A stretch of DNA of 64,000 bases from a virus (lineage: Duplodnaviria > Caudoviricetes), in IMG/VR virus record IMGVR_UViG_3300044675_007236; one strand, 5' to 3'. The notes under the pieces were generated by a model. The model did no database searches and was not told the DNA's origin. It saw only the letters and a list, made by a program, of their open reading frames with translations. Below are positions 42,602 through 52,460 of the stretch, piece by piece. How positions within the stretch are numbered: the stretch's first letter is position 1; each line of letters opens with the position of its first letter. Made by a program: the position numbers and the translations under genes.

Positions 42602-42989
42602 ACGCTACAGCTACGTCTTTGTATCTTTCTTTAAGCTCGTATGTCGAATATTTCCAAACGCCTTTTTCTTGTAATTCATCGTGCAATTTACTTTGAAAAT
42701 TAGTCAGTAAATCTTCAGCCAGAGTTGTAACACTATCATCGAAAATATATCGATAATGTTCGTATTTGTGTGCAAGACAGCCGAAACTCACCATTTTACC
42801 CGCTAAAGCTGTGACAACTGAATCCGGCAAAGCTAAGCCTACGGCACAACGCCGCCCATCTTCGGTCGAGTAGCGACAAATATATCTGCCTTCGTCCGCG
42901 TCAAATTCAGCCGCAGGGGGCCTGTCTTCAACAATAAAAGCCTGCCATGCTTTGTCAAATATCATTTGTAGCGTAATCTTTTCGTCCAA
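42576..42989 (-). CDS. Hypothetical protein (paralog of 42143-42601)
   Basis: EKITLQMIFDKAWQAF...GRRCAVG...FQ..LHD. Confidence 0.65.
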   Translation of the reverse strand: MDEKITLQMIFDKAWQAFIVEDRPPAAEFDADEGRYICRYSTEDGRRCAVGLALPDSVVTALAGKMVSFGCLAHKYEHYRYIFDDSVTTLAEDLLTNFQSKLHDELQEKGVWKYSTYELKERYKDVAVAYGLTIPGE

Positions 42990-43147
42990 CGTAAGCCTCC
43001 TGCGGCCTCAAAGCCGCGTATCAATTAAAAGAAACAGGGTAGGGTTGTCGTCGGCTCTCAGTATCTCAAGATGCCGATAACGAATTCTAACTGCAATTCG
43101 ACGGATTTTCATCGTCGTAGCTGTGTCGAAAAACGCTATAAACCTTT

Positions 43148-43471
43148 CTACCACTCGTAGACATCCAAAGACACACAAACATTGGCGTCACAATCAAACC
43201 AAACGTAATCAAATTCAAGTTGCTTGGCTGCCCACAGTATCTTAGAAACATGCGGGTGACATTCTTCAAGCTCTGAATCACTAACACTGAACAGAAAGCC
43301 GTAATTGTTTTCCATGGTGCACTTACCGGCACACCACTGAGCAGCTTCCGAAGTGAGATGAGCTGTACTTAGCTCCAAAACTCGAGGGGTATCTAACCCC
43401 TCGAGATCGATTTTAACGTCAGACAATCGGTACTCACGATCTGGCACCCGGTAAAACGCTGTAAACATCAT
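43148..43471 (-). CDS. DUF5983-like protein
   Basis: LELSTAHL...YGF...YVWFDCDA...YEW pattern (family from memory); ATG at 43471. Confidence 0.55.
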   Translation of the reverse strand: MMFTAFYRVPDREYRLSDVKIDLEGLDTPRVLELSTAHLTSEAAQWCAGKCTMENNYGFLFSVSDSELEECHPHVSKILWAAKQLEFDYVWFDCDANVCVSLDVYEW

Positions 43472-43634
43472 TGATAACAGGGTGCCGCATGTTATCCGAG
43501 AAGTTGAAATACTGTATACCAACAGAATCAAGCTGGCTTACACAATCTAGAAAGAGCGGAAACTCGCCTGTTCTTCGCGTGTCCTGCGTAGGGTCACCAC
43601 ACAGAATCATTTTAGAAGTTTTACCCAATCGCGA
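43434..43634 (-). pseudogene. phoH: PhoH C-terminal fragment
   Basis: SRLGKTSKMILCGDPTQD...F...DNMRHPVI matches the PhoH C-terminus; in-frame TAG about 11 codons upstream, no P-loop/DEAQN half. Confidence 0.6.
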
Positions 43635-43664
43635 AAAGCCTGCGTTTGTTGCCGGTTTAAACAG

Positions 43665-43892
43665 CTAGTAGTCGTAACGGTTTAACTTAAGCCTGTAAAA
43701 GGTTCTTGCTCCCCAGTTTTGTAAATTATCAGGCTTGTTGCTTCGACAAGTATTACAACTGTCGTAAAATTCGTTAGGCTTTTGGCTGGTTTTTCTAAAA
43801 CTGGCCAAGAGCACCTCGCGATTACAAGTATTGCATTTTTTTGTTTCAGCGTCGTTTGCAAAGGTAGACGAGCTATCTTTTGTTTCTAGCAT
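43665..43892 (-). CDS. Zn-finger hypothetical protein
   Basis: KKCNTC...SCNTC. Confidence 0.55.
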   Translation of the reverse strand: MLETKDSSSTFANDAETKKCNTCNREVLLASFRKTSQKPNEFYDSCNTCRSNKPDNLQNWGARTFYRLKLNRYDY

Positions 43893-44104
43893 GCTTCAGC
43901 TTCTTTCTGCATATCAAAAAACATACCTTCAACAGCTGCACCTAAAAACCAAGGGTCTTCCAGGTTTGCTTTTGAGGGTAACAAGACGCGAGCATTTCGC
44001 TTGCCGTCGCTGTTAACCCAATAAACTCTCAATGAAACCCCTAGCTTGTCTTTCACAAGTTCTACTTTAGAATTTCTAGGTAGGTTTGACAGAATAAATG
44101 ACAT
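43886..44104 (-). CDS. Hypothetical protein
   Basis: Tightly packed ORF. Confidence 0.5.
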   Translation of the reverse strand: MSFILSNLPRNSKVELVKDKLGVSLRVYWVNSDGKRNARVLLPSKANLEDPWFLGAAVEGMFFDMQKEAEAC

Positions 44105-44115
44105 GCTGTGCTTTC

Positions 44116-44523
44116 TTAGACTTCAACCAATTTGCAACGTGATTCCCATGCGTAGTACTGAGCTGAAATAGCTGCAGGCGTGCGTTTAAATCGCGTTGAA
44201 AGCTCCCTGGCCGTAGTCTGCGTAAATCTAATTTGCCGCATAAACATTCGCTTGAATTCTTTGTAAAGCAAACGCTTTTCAACTACCGTCCAATGTAGGT
44301 TAGACTTAGGTGGATTCCTTCTTGCCGCACGCTTGTCAGAGCTAGCAACCAGTACATCGCCAGACTCCAAACTTACTTTAAGTATGGCGTAGATCAGTCT
44401 TTTTGTTTCCAAATCAGAATCAAGCACAGGTGCCGCGATACGTTCAAACTTCTTACTGTGTAACTTCTTAAGCATGTTTAACTCCATAAAAAAAGACACC
44501 TTTCGGTGTCTAAATTGAAACAA
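44116..44523 (-). CDS. Hypothetical protein with Myb-like/HTH C-terminus
   Basis: WT..E...LY...ARELSTRFKRTPAAISAQ. Confidence 0.5.
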   Translation of the reverse strand: MFQFRHRKVSFFMELNMLKKLHSKKFERIAAPVLDSDLETKRLIYAILKVSLESGDVLVASSDKRAARRNPPKSNLHWTVVEKRLLYKEFKRMFMRQIRFTQTTARELSTRFKRTPAAISAQYYAWESRCKLVEV

Positions 44524-44535
44524 ATGTTGATAAGC

Positions 44536-44952
44536 CTATTGGCTACGTTTGAAGCAAAAGTTAGCGTACTTCTGCTCTCGACTGATGCATACAGGTCTGT
44601 AACAGACTACAGAAAACTCGTCAGTTTCTATTGTCATGTTGTGAGTGTTGCCGAGTTTTGTAAAATTATCCTGTAGGCTGCGGAGAGCCGACGCATCTTT
44701 CTCGGAAGCAGTTGTAGCCGCTGCGAATTCCAAGCAGAAGTAGTTAGGTAAAGCATCACCCTGTATCTGCAAAAACACTAAATCTGCTTTTAAGCTGAAC
44801 TCTTCAACTTCGCCAGTGTTGAAATAGATTGTGACTTTTTCAGGTCTCTCGACTGACCTAAACCTGATAGGCCAGAAGTCATACGTGGGTTTTACTTTTT
44901 TGATTGGGGCTACCGCGACTTTTTTCTCAACCTGAATTGGCTCTGTTATCAT
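44536..44952 (-). CDS. Hypothetical protein
   Basis: ORF with AAGG upstream. Confidence 0.55.
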   Translation of the reverse strand: MITEPIQVEKKVAVAPIKKVKPTYDFWPIRFRSVERPEKVTIYFNTGEVEEFSLKADLVFLQIQGDALPNYFCLEFAAATTASEKDASALRSLQDNFTKLGNTHNMTIETDEFSVVCYRPVCISREQKYANFCFKRSQ

Positions 44953-44965
44953 AACCTTCCTTAGC

Positions 44966-45163
44966 CTACTTGCTTGACCTTCCCATTGTTATATTAGACT
45001 GTAAGCGTATCTCTTTGTTGTTAAACGTCCAGCATTCGCCGGTTTCGTCTACAAAAACTACCCACAGAAGATCGTGTTCTTGCGAGTAGTCTATAACAAA
45101 ATGAGCAAAACCTTTACCCTTAGGCGTATCCAGCGGTAGGGGCGTGTGCAGCTGGCGTATCAT
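44966..45163 (-). CDS. Conserved phage hypothetical protein
   Basis: TPKGKGFAHFVIDYSQEHDLLWV...W...N..IR...NITMGR. Confidence 0.6.
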   Translation of the reverse strand: MIRQLHTPLPLDTPKGKGFAHFVIDYSQEHDLLWVVFVDETGECWTFNNKEIRLQSNITMGRSSK

Positions 45164-45468
45164 TGTCGGTTTATTGAAACGCTGCTATCTGGATTTGCCA
45201 TAGCCCCGTCACCGTAACTTCCACCAACACGGTCTGGAAAAACTTGAACTTGCTCAAAGTTAGTGAGTTTAATTCCGACGTTGTCCGGTATGGTAAAAAT
45301 CTCTGCGGGACGATGCAGTTTCAAATAATTTCTTGCAAACTCTAGAAATTTCAAGACGTCACTAGAAAGAGGCTGTGAATAGGCATTCGCCAACGCAGCC
45401 AGCAAATCTTTGGGGTTTTGGCCGGGAGCAGGTGAAGTCAAAAATGAACCGGTAGAATTTTCCGCCAA
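45160..45468 (-). CDS. Hypothetical protein
   Basis: ORF; start uncertain (TTG). Confidence 0.45.
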   Translation of the reverse strand: MAENSTGSFLTSPAPGQNPKDLLAALANAYSQPLSSDVLKFLEFARNYLKLHRPAEIFTIPDNVGIKLTNFEQVQVFPDRVGGSYGDGAMANPDSSVSINRQ

Positions 45469-45522
45469 GGTGGGGGTACCTCCAAACGCTGTAGTAAAAT
45501 TGACGATCGACTCTGAAAAAAA

Positions 45523-46098
45523 TTAAAAATCAACTGTAGCAACTGTTTTTTCCAACTTTGACAGTTCCTTTACGTCCAGTTCTAACACGGTATCGAAAGA
45601 TTTCAAGCGTTCTTCTGCCCTGTTAAGTGCAATATCTCTTATTTTTATTTCGATATCCGAAGGAATCAGATTGCAAGCATCTCTAATTGCTTTAACATCC
45701 TCGTCGTACGACGCTCTAACAAAAACTACGTTGTTAGAAAAAGGGCGAAACAAATCTAGATAAGGTGCTATCAAAACGTCTACAAACGCAATCGGATGAA
45801 ACTTTGAGAACTCAGCCACAAACGCACGTAAGCGTTGCACGACATCCCGTGAGTAATACTGGATAAACTGCACAGGGTACGCCGTTTCGCCGGAGAATAT
45901 CGAACCAAGAAGCGCTATAAGTTCTTTGTTCCTACAAGTTTCAACAAAAAAATCGTGTTCTATTCTGTTTTTGGTGTAAAGCTGTTTATCGTGTAGAAAC
46001 CGGTAGCCCGCTCTACGCAAAATAGGTATAGCTTGGCTCAGGTCTGCACCCGGAGTTCCTGTAACTATCAAATTCTGCCCGCTAAAAGTTGTTTCCAT
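45523..46098 (-). CDS. Degenerate P-loop kinase-fold protein (CoaE-like)
   Basis: LIVTGTPGADLS in place of GxxGxGKS; later AFVDV and VVFVRAS strands. Confidence 0.35.
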   Translation of the reverse strand: METTFSGQNLIVTGTPGADLSQAIPILRRAGYRFLHDKQLYTKNRIEHDFFVETCRNKELIALLGSIFSGETAYPVQFIQYYSRDVVQRLRAFVAEFSKFHPIAFVDVLIAPYLDLFRPFSNNVVFVRASYDEDVKAIRDACNLIPSDIEIKIRDIALNRAEERLKSFDTVLELDVKELSKLEKTVATVDF

Positions 46099-47198
46099 TA
46101 CGAGAGCTCCTGTGATAAAAACCTGGCAAATTCTTGTGCTTGCTTTTTGTGGTTGCTATAAGCGTTTTTCTGCAGCCCTTTCAAGCCAAGATCGTTCATG
46201 TTGATTGCTTGCGACAATGTCGTAGCCAAATCTTTAAAACAAACGATGCCCCTAGGATTGAACGTGTTAGAGACTACAGTGGGTACGAGCATCCCGGATA
46301 AACCACCAGATATGTAAGACCTTGCTGGTGGTATGTCGTGACATATAAGCGGTGTCCCACTCACCGCTAAATGCGGAATTAAGGCTCCGTGCTTAAATGA
46401 AGCACAGGCCAAATAAACCCAATCATGTAAGTAAGCCATCGCATGATACTGACTATACGGCATCACACCGGCAAGCACAACGCGATCCTTGAAGGAAAGT
46501 TTCAGCTGATTTAAACGGCTTTTGTGTACCTTAGGTAATGATTTTTCAAGCAAAAAGGTAACTTTAAGCGTTTCGTGTTTTTTAAGTAGGGCTTCGAAAG
46601 TGGAAATCAACTCGTTACCAATATCCTGCGAAAAGTCTGATCCTAGAAGCACCAGCATTTTCACCTTGTCCTTATCGACTTTTCCTTGCTTCGGTACAAG
46701 TAGCTTATCCGCCGAACAAAGCGTTGACCAATTTCGATCAACTTCGAAATCTTTACACTCTGAGCTCAACCACAGAGCAGAATCTCGATTAAGACAAATA
46801 GCTTTAGAGTTAAGCAGCAATTCTCCAAACAGCACTTCCTTACTACACCAGCCTGGAAAATACACGTGGTTAAGAGTACTGGTTTTACCTAGATTTTCAA
46901 TGTGCGAATCCAGTTCGCTGGCTCTTTCGGTGTTCTCACCTACGGATTTTGCCGTAAGAAAAGTAAGCCTGTCTGGATAAAACCAAAACGCGTGCGTTAG
47001 ATTTTCGTAAAGCTTAAGGCTTTTGTTGCTGTCTCTAATAACACGGTCATCCCAATAGCAGTCTACGTTCCGTGCTACTGGCCCGTTAGATATGACTTTA
47101 ACTGAATTGCCCAATCTAAGCATCCAATTTGCAAGCATAACAGCCGCAAGCGTCGTGTCGTTATGCTTGTAATCTACGTAGATACCTACTTTTAGCAT
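46098..47198 (-). CDS. GT-B (GT4-like) glycosyltransferase
   Basis: HLAVSGTPLICHDIPPARSYI..G.SGMLV donor-binding motif. Confidence 0.6.
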   Translation of the reverse strand: MLKVGIYVDYKHNDTTLAAVMLANWMLRLGNSVKVISNGPVARNVDCYWDDRVIRDSNKSLKLYENLTHAFWFYPDRLTFLTAKSVGENTERASELDSHIENLGKTSTLNHVYFPGWCSKEVLFGELLLNSKAICLNRDSALWLSSECKDFEVDRNWSTLCSADKLLVPKQGKVDKDKVKMLVLLGSDFSQDIGNELISTFEALLKKHETLKVTFLLEKSLPKVHKSRLNQLKLSFKDRVVLAGVMPYSQYHAMAYLHDWVYLACASFKHGALIPHLAVSGTPLICHDIPPARSYISGGLSGMLVPTVVSNTFNPRGIVCFKDLATTLSQAINMNDLGLKGLQKNAYSNHKKQAQEFARFLSQELS

Positions 47199-47207
47199 GT
47201 TTGTTGT

Positions 47208-47915
47208 CTAGCTACCGTGTGATATAAAACAAAAAAACGGCGAGTTTGCTCGGCAACCTGGAATGTGACCGTAAGGTATCTTTGTTTTCCAAGCAACGTA
47301 GTTAAAGCTAAGTTGATCTCTTAAGCTATGGTTGTCAAGCTCGTACCACCAATACTGGTCAAACTTTAAACTGGCGTTTGTGTTTTTGCGTACAACACAA
47401 GCCGTCTCGACCAACCCATTAAACGCAGGATAGTCCATCTTACGGTAAAGCTCTATCTGTCTCTTCATCAGTTCGGGGTTATCTTTCTTTAGTCGCAAGC
47501 ACGCGTGAAGCTCTTGATAAATGCAACTTCTCTGCGGATGCTTGAAAGAAAAAATGTCAACATTACGTGTTTTGTATACCGTAGCCTCGAGCAAATCGGA
47601 CACAAACGTCTTAGCTGTTATTCGTTGCGACGCGTCCACCCAGATCGAAATATCTCCATGTTTAGTGATTATTCCAGGATGTAGTTTGTGCCAGCGAGCC
47701 GTTCGCGTTCTGCATAAAGAATGCTTCCAAGCTAGCGGTAAAACGTCCCACTCGACACCTTCGCTTGTTACAACCTTACCTCGGCCCGACGTCTGCTTAT
47801 CTGAGAAAACGACATATCTTACACCCGGTTCTGGTACATTAGCGGACGCAAAAAAAGTGCTGTCGAGCTTGTCGTAGCTGCCGGTTACACAGCTGTAAAC
47901 GACGACATTAGTCAT
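47208..47915 (-). CDS. DUF616-type glycosyltransferase
   Basis: VYSCVTGSYD, IWVDAS, HPQRSCIYQE, RDQLSFNYV; ATG at 47915. Confidence 0.75.
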   Translation of the reverse strand: MTNVVVYSCVTGSYDKLDSTFFASANVPEPGVRYVVFSDKQTSGRGKVVTSEGVEWDVLPLAWKHSLCRTRTARWHKLHPGIITKHGDISIWVDASQRITAKTFVSDLLEATVYKTRNVDIFSFKHPQRSCIYQELHACLRLKKDNPELMKRQIELYRKMDYPAFNGLVETACVVRKNTNASLKFDQYWWYELDNHSLRDQLSFNYVAWKTKIPYGHIPGCRANSPFFCFISHGS

Positions 47916-48702
47916 CTTGTCTGTACCATTGACCTTTCTTGTACTTGTCACCTCTAGTGACTGCACGGTAATGAAAAATAAAACTGCTAAGGCAGACTGC
48001 GGATTTCATGCCTAGCTTTTCCCACCGAGACTGCAGCTCGTCTTCGTTAAGCGTAGTATACGGCGTAGGATTCTTGACGCCAGCAGCTGTAAAAAAATTA
48101 GCGGGGCGGTAAAAGTGTTTTGCATCATACCTTCCCGCGATCCAGGCTCGCATAGCCGCGAACTGAAAAAAACCATTTACCTTACTGATTGTGTAATGCC
48201 CCTTGTACCGCTTTAGAAGCTCTAGCGAGTAGTTGTCAAGTAAGACGGGATCATCTGTAAGCGTATAGTCACCGATGAACTTTGAAATCTCTTGCTGACC
48301 TTTAGCTGTGACACCGGGAGCGTTTGAAAGCGGACCTACCATTGCAAAAGCAACTTCAGCAAGCTGCACTAAACCTTCATACCAACGCACTGGAAAAACT
48401 ACATCGTTGTTACCTGCAATTGCATAGTCAACCTGTTGGTCAGCACAGATTTCAAGCCCGCGGTTCCAGCTTCTTGTTAGCCCTAGCGGTTGCTTAAAGT
48501 GCTCAACAACAATTCTTGCCGGATCTGGCGATAGCTCTTTGAGCTTTCGAGTGTAAGCAGAAGAAAAACCTACAGAACCATCGTCAACAACGACCACAAT
48601 TCCATTCGGCGTTGTCTTTAAAAACGTAATTATCGCCTTTGCCGTGTAACTGTGGAGATCAAGTGCTTTATGTGTAGGGCAAACAAAGCCGATTTGCATC
48701 AC
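47908..48702 (-). CDS. Glycosyltransferase family 2
   Basis: VVVVDDGS, LGLTRSWNRG, GNNDVVFP. Confidence 0.8.
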   Translation of the reverse strand: MMQIGFVCPTHKALDLHSYTAKAIITFLKTTPNGIVVVVDDGSVGFSSAYTRKLKELSPDPARIVVEHFKQPLGLTRSWNRGLEICADQQVDYAIAGNNDVVFPVRWYEGLVQLAEVAFAMVGPLSNAPGVTAKGQQEISKFIGDYTLTDDPVLLDNYSLELLKRYKGHYTISKVNGFFQFAAMRAWIAGRYDAKHFYRPANFFTAAGVKNPTPYTTLNEDELQSRWEKLGMKSAVCLSSFIFHYRAVTRGDKYKKGQWYRQDD

Positions 48703-50627
48703 ATTTGTCCTTGCGACATTTGTTGTTGAAGCATAGCTCCTCCTTGATTTTTAAGCTGCTGCCTCTGCTCGTCCATTTTGGCTCTCACTCGACTGTGTAA
48801 TATAGGATTGAACTGTTTAAGCTTTCTAAGCTCCGAATCCTTTACACTCTCAGGTAGGCCCAGTAACTCCTGTGCAAGCTGCTCTGCCGCCGCTTCCAGA
48901 TCATTGGGCGTAACAGCCGTGTTTGGCCCCATACTTTGAACGTAGCTTGTGACAGGTGTCTGACCTGCACCCATAGCCGATTGAGCGTCGGGACCAACTG
49001 GATTACCACCTTGTTGCCCGCCAGCAGCAGCTCCGCCTTGCATTTGAGCTCCAGGTTGACCACCTTGCTGTGTGGCTGGATTCATACCCTTGGCAACTTC
49101 AGCAGCAAAACCAGCTTGCTCCATTTCTTCTTGCATCCTAGCTTGCAATTCCTGCTGCTTCCTAGCCTCGTCAGAAAGCCGTTTTTGCTCTGTTTCCCAA
49201 TCAAAACCAACAGCCGACAATCCAGATTGACCTGATAGCTGCTGTGCCATCATAAGCTGCAACGCAGCCATTTGTTTTTGCATGTCGTCTGCAATAGTTA
49301 CTGGTTTAAGTTTACATTCAACCTGCTGCCAGCTCATAATCCTAGAGACGGTTTCCATAATCCACTGCAAAAACTTATTAGCGTCATCGATAAGATTTCG
49401 ATGCTGACTTTCGAACAAACGAAGTCCTACTGGCGCAGCCTGAACACTAAGTGTGCCTTGATAGAGCTCTACAGGAACGCCGGATTCGTTTAGAAGAGAA
49501 TCGTAAGCCTGTGTAATCATGTCAGTCGGGGCTAATTGACTTGCTTCACCGCCCAGTATCTGGTACTTCACAGGAAACGGTAGCATCTGCCAACCCGCAG
49601 GGTCGCGTCTACGGCGGTTAATCATGTTTCGAATCTGAGATCTAAAGTCACCCATGTTATAGGAAGCCATGGGATCGTTCATAGCAAAACCACCGGCACC
49701 ACCGCCGCCACCAGCTTTTACTTCCGGCGTAATAAGCCGAAAAGGTATGATGTAGTCAAGTGCGATAGCTTCATTGTACCTGCGTAGCACCTGCAGGTTC
49801 CAAAGTTGTCTGTAGTTTATAAGACTTCTGGGCAAACCCCAACCCATAGCACGAATACCGGCCAGAGTTTGTTCTTTCATGTGGTAAATGGCGTCTGGAT
49901 GAAAGCGAAATAGCTTATCTTGACGAATAGCCTCCAGTACAGACTTAGGGGATCTCTCGAGATGATACAGATTACCCTCTTTAACCATTCGCTTGTAGTA
50001 CTCTGGAATACGCCACAAGTAAGCTGTCTCGTCTGTGTACGGATCGTGCAGAATTTCTATCTCATGCGGATTCCATCGCTTTAAGATAAGGTGTTCCGAC
50101 TCTTCCTTAGGTTTATCAACAACAGTCCAAGGTCCTCGCCAACCAGTTTCTGGACAAGTCGCAACAAAATTGAAAGAAGCATCAAATTGAAAGTTGAAAT
50201 TGTTGTAAACAACTTTCAGAGGATACATGTTTCCGGTCTTAGGACATTGCATATGTCGTCTGAAAGGAACAATCACACTTCCGAAAAAGTTACCGTAACA
50301 CGTCCTATCCCGCATCGCCATTGACATAAACGGCATTAAGCCAAGTTTATGCCCTAGATAGTCCTTGTACTTCTTTTTTTCATCGTCGCCTACGTCTTCT
50401 CCGCCGATTTCTATGTCGGTTAAAAAGTAAGCAACCAGCTTTTCCATGGCAGTACGATAAGTACCCATAATCTGCCAAATGTACTCAGACCACCACAGTG
50501 CCGACTTGATAGTCGTCGGCATCTGGGTTGTTGCAATGTCGTTGAAGGGATCTGCAAAACCATGCTCTCCGTGCGATACGCCTGCTCCGCGACTGAAGAA
50601 CGGAACGCTTGCGCTTTGGTATGTCAT
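48699..50627 (-). CDS. Probable portal protein
   Basis: 642 aa; FADPF..MPTTIK and GWGLP...EAIALDYIIPFR resemble jumbo-phage portals as recalled (not searched); Q/G-rich C-terminal tail. Confidence 0.55.
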   Translation of the reverse strand: MTYQSASVPFFSRGAGVSHGEHGFADPFNDIATTQMPTTIKSALWWSEYIWQIMGTYRTAMEKLVAYFLTDIEIGGEDVGDDEKKKYKDYLGHKLGLMPFMSMAMRDRTCYGNFFGSVIVPFRRHMQCPKTGNMYPLKVVYNNFNFQFDASFNFVATCPETGWRGPWTVVDKPKEESEHLILKRWNPHEIEILHDPYTDETAYLWRIPEYYKRMVKEGNLYHLERSPKSVLEAIRQDKLFRFHPDAIYHMKEQTLAGIRAMGWGLPRSLINYRQLWNLQVLRRYNEAIALDYIIPFRLITPEVKAGGGGGAGGFAMNDPMASYNMGDFRSQIRNMINRRRRDPAGWQMLPFPVKYQILGGEASQLAPTDMITQAYDSLLNESGVPVELYQGTLSVQAAPVGLRLFESQHRNLIDDANKFLQWIMETVSRIMSWQQVECKLKPVTIADDMQKQMAALQLMMAQQLSGQSGLSAVGFDWETEQKRLSDEARKQQELQARMQEEMEQAGFAAEVAKGMNPATQQGGQPGAQMQGGAAAGGQQGGNPVGPDAQSAMGAGQTPVTSYVQSMGPNTAVTPNDLEAAAEQLAQELLGLPESVKDSELRKLKQFNPILHSRVRAKMDEQRQQLKNQGGAMLQQQMSQGQM

Positions 50628-50649
50628 TGCAAATCCCTCTAAAAGCTAA

Positions 50650-50847
50650 CTACTGCTTAGTAGCCTTATTGACAGCATCTACCGCATCTTTCATCAAACC
50701 ACCGTCTAACCGATCTGCGGTTTTTTCGTCTTCTGGAAAATTTAACTCCATCTGTGCAAGCTTCTCCCCGCCTGATTTTCGGCAGCAGTCCGGTTTATCG
50801 CACGGAGTATCTTTACTAATAGCACCATTCTTTTCCATAATTATCAC
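50650..50847 (-). CDS. Small hypothetical protein
   Basis: ORF between operon genes. Confidence 0.5.
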   Translation of the reverse strand: MIIMEKNGAISKDTPCDKPDCCRKSGGEKLAQMELNFPEDEKTADRLDGGLMKDAVDAVNKATKQ

Positions 50848-51596
50848 GCCTTAATCAAAAGAACAAAGTCTAAACAACCCATCGTCCAACTTAGTCCAAC
50901 CGAAGCCACTTGATAGTTGACGCCAGTCGCTTGAACTCCAACCGTTACCGGTTGGTTTATGTCTAAAACAGGAGGCAAATACTGTTGTCCGTACTCGAAT
51001 CGAGTGTCGTAAACCAGAACAAGACATTGTTTTGAGTCAATAACTTGATGATACTTCGACGACAAAGTACCAAACTGGTCGAATTCAAAATATACCGTAA
51101 AACACGGTTTAGACGGAACATCAGCCGTCAGAAACGGTATTTCCAACTTCGCAAAAGCCTCAGAAATCACACTTTCACGTGAAATAACAGCTGCAGGTTT
51201 CGCGTCAGCAGTTATTTTGTTTAAGGTCACCGACGAATCCTCGTAATCAATCAGGTCTTCCCAAACCTCCGTAGAAGTCGGTTTAGCTTCTTTAGGAGTC
51301 CTGGCTTTTCTTGTTGCTTTTTGTTTAGGTTGTGCGGCTAACGCTTGAAAAAAATCTGAACCGTTGGCTGCCGCTTTTGCAGCTTTTTGAAGAGCTTCTT
51401 TGGAAACCTTGCTGAGGTCGACAGTAACCGATTCGGATTCATCTGGATCAACTACAACTACACCAGGCTTGTTATGATTAAAACCTGACGATCTGCCATC
51501 GGAATCTGCAGCGTAAGCGTCGTTTACACCGTTAGCTGAAGCACTAGGTATTTCCGTGGCTCCTGGTAGTACTAGACTAGGTTTGTAGCCGCTCAT
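50844..51596 (-). CDS. Hypothetical protein
   Basis: ORF; beta-rich C-terminal domain. Confidence 0.65.
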   Translation of the reverse strand: MSGYKPSLVLPGATEIPSASANGVNDAYAADSDGRSSGFNHNKPGVVVVDPDESESVTVDLSKVSKEALQKAAKAAANGSDFFQALAAQPKQKATRKARTPKEAKPTSTEVWEDLIDYEDSSVTLNKITADAKPAAVISRESVISEAFAKLEIPFLTADVPSKPCFTVYFEFDQFGTLSSKYHQVIDSKQCLVLVYDTRFEYGQQYLPPVLDINQPVTVGVQATGVNYQVASVGLSWTMGCLDFVLLIKA

Positions 51597-51607
51597 TGTC
51601 GTTTCCT

Positions 51608-52216
51608 TTAAGACGGTAGATTGTCGTTGTCGTTGTCGTTGTCGTTATTTTTTTGCGTGGAATCTTGAAAAGGATCAGATGTACCTGGTTGAAAATACTG
51701 CGACGAAAGAAAGGCATCATCACCCATCCAACCTTGTTGTAGTTCTTCCATATTCGCATTCTCAGTTAGTTCTGCCACGTCAAATACGACAAGCTCTCCT
51801 GCCGCGTTCAACCTGGCTGCTGTCTGATTAGGTAGTCGCAGATAATAATCTATGTCGCCCTTTATCCTTTGAATCTTGGTTATAGTCAATGGTAAACCGA
51901 AAAACACAGATACGGACGTTTCCTTACCTATGCGAAGATGTAAAGCTTTTACCAGATCGGAAAGTCTTGTGTAGGCGTACACTGAAGGGTAATCGCCTTC
52001 CGGACTATCGCAAAGACAATACTTAAGTGTCGGAAGCGATATTTCCTCAGCTTCCTGCTGACTAATCGCCAGCATTGCGTCTGCTACGACTGGGGGTAGT
52101 CGCTTAAGATACGCAGCGTAGTCTAGTTGATTGTCGTCAGTCGCAGGTTGCCTGGTTACGATAGCCTGCATTGCGTTTTCAATAGCCGACAACTCTGGTT
52201 TCTTAACTCCTGTCAT
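51608..52216 (-). CDS. Hypothetical protein
   Basis: ORF; NDNDND tail. Confidence 0.6.
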   Translation of the reverse strand: MTGVKKPELSAIENAMQAIVTRQPATDDNQLDYAAYLKRLPPVVADAMLAISQQEAEEISLPTLKYCLCDSPEGDYPSVYAYTRLSDLVKALHLRIGKETSVSVFFGLPLTITKIQRIKGDIDYYLRLPNQTAARLNAAGELVVFDVAELTENANMEELQQGWMGDDAFLSSQYFQPGTSDPFQDSTQKNNDNDNDNDNLPS

Positions 52217-52460
52217 CTTGTATCCCCTCGCTAGAAGGCACGTAAGACAGTGTTACATAAAACATATCCGCAGAAATAGAAACAACGCCCGGAACAGCTA
52301 TAATTGACTTGGTGCTAGAAACCCAGTCGTTTACTTTTAATTCCAGCAAGTCCAAAGACTCTGCATAGAACAGCTTCAAAGAAAGAAGTTGATCCGGGAT
52401 AAGAAACGTTTGCAAACTTTTTAAAGGAAACAATTTCGGATCTGTTATTTCAAAAGTCAT
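52203..52460 (-). CDS. Hypothetical protein
   Basis: ATGA overlap. Confidence 0.55.
   Translation of the reverse strand: MTFEITDPKLFPLKSLQTFLIPDQLLSLKLFYAESLDLLELKVNDWVSSTKSIIAVPGVVSISADMFYVTLSYVPSSEGIQDDRS

Noticed and set aside
51620-51650. (GTTGTC)n microsatellite and the 12-bp tandem repeat near 27725
   Set aside because: Simple in-frame low-complexity coding (NDNDND, YLEGYLEG) with no sign of phase variation
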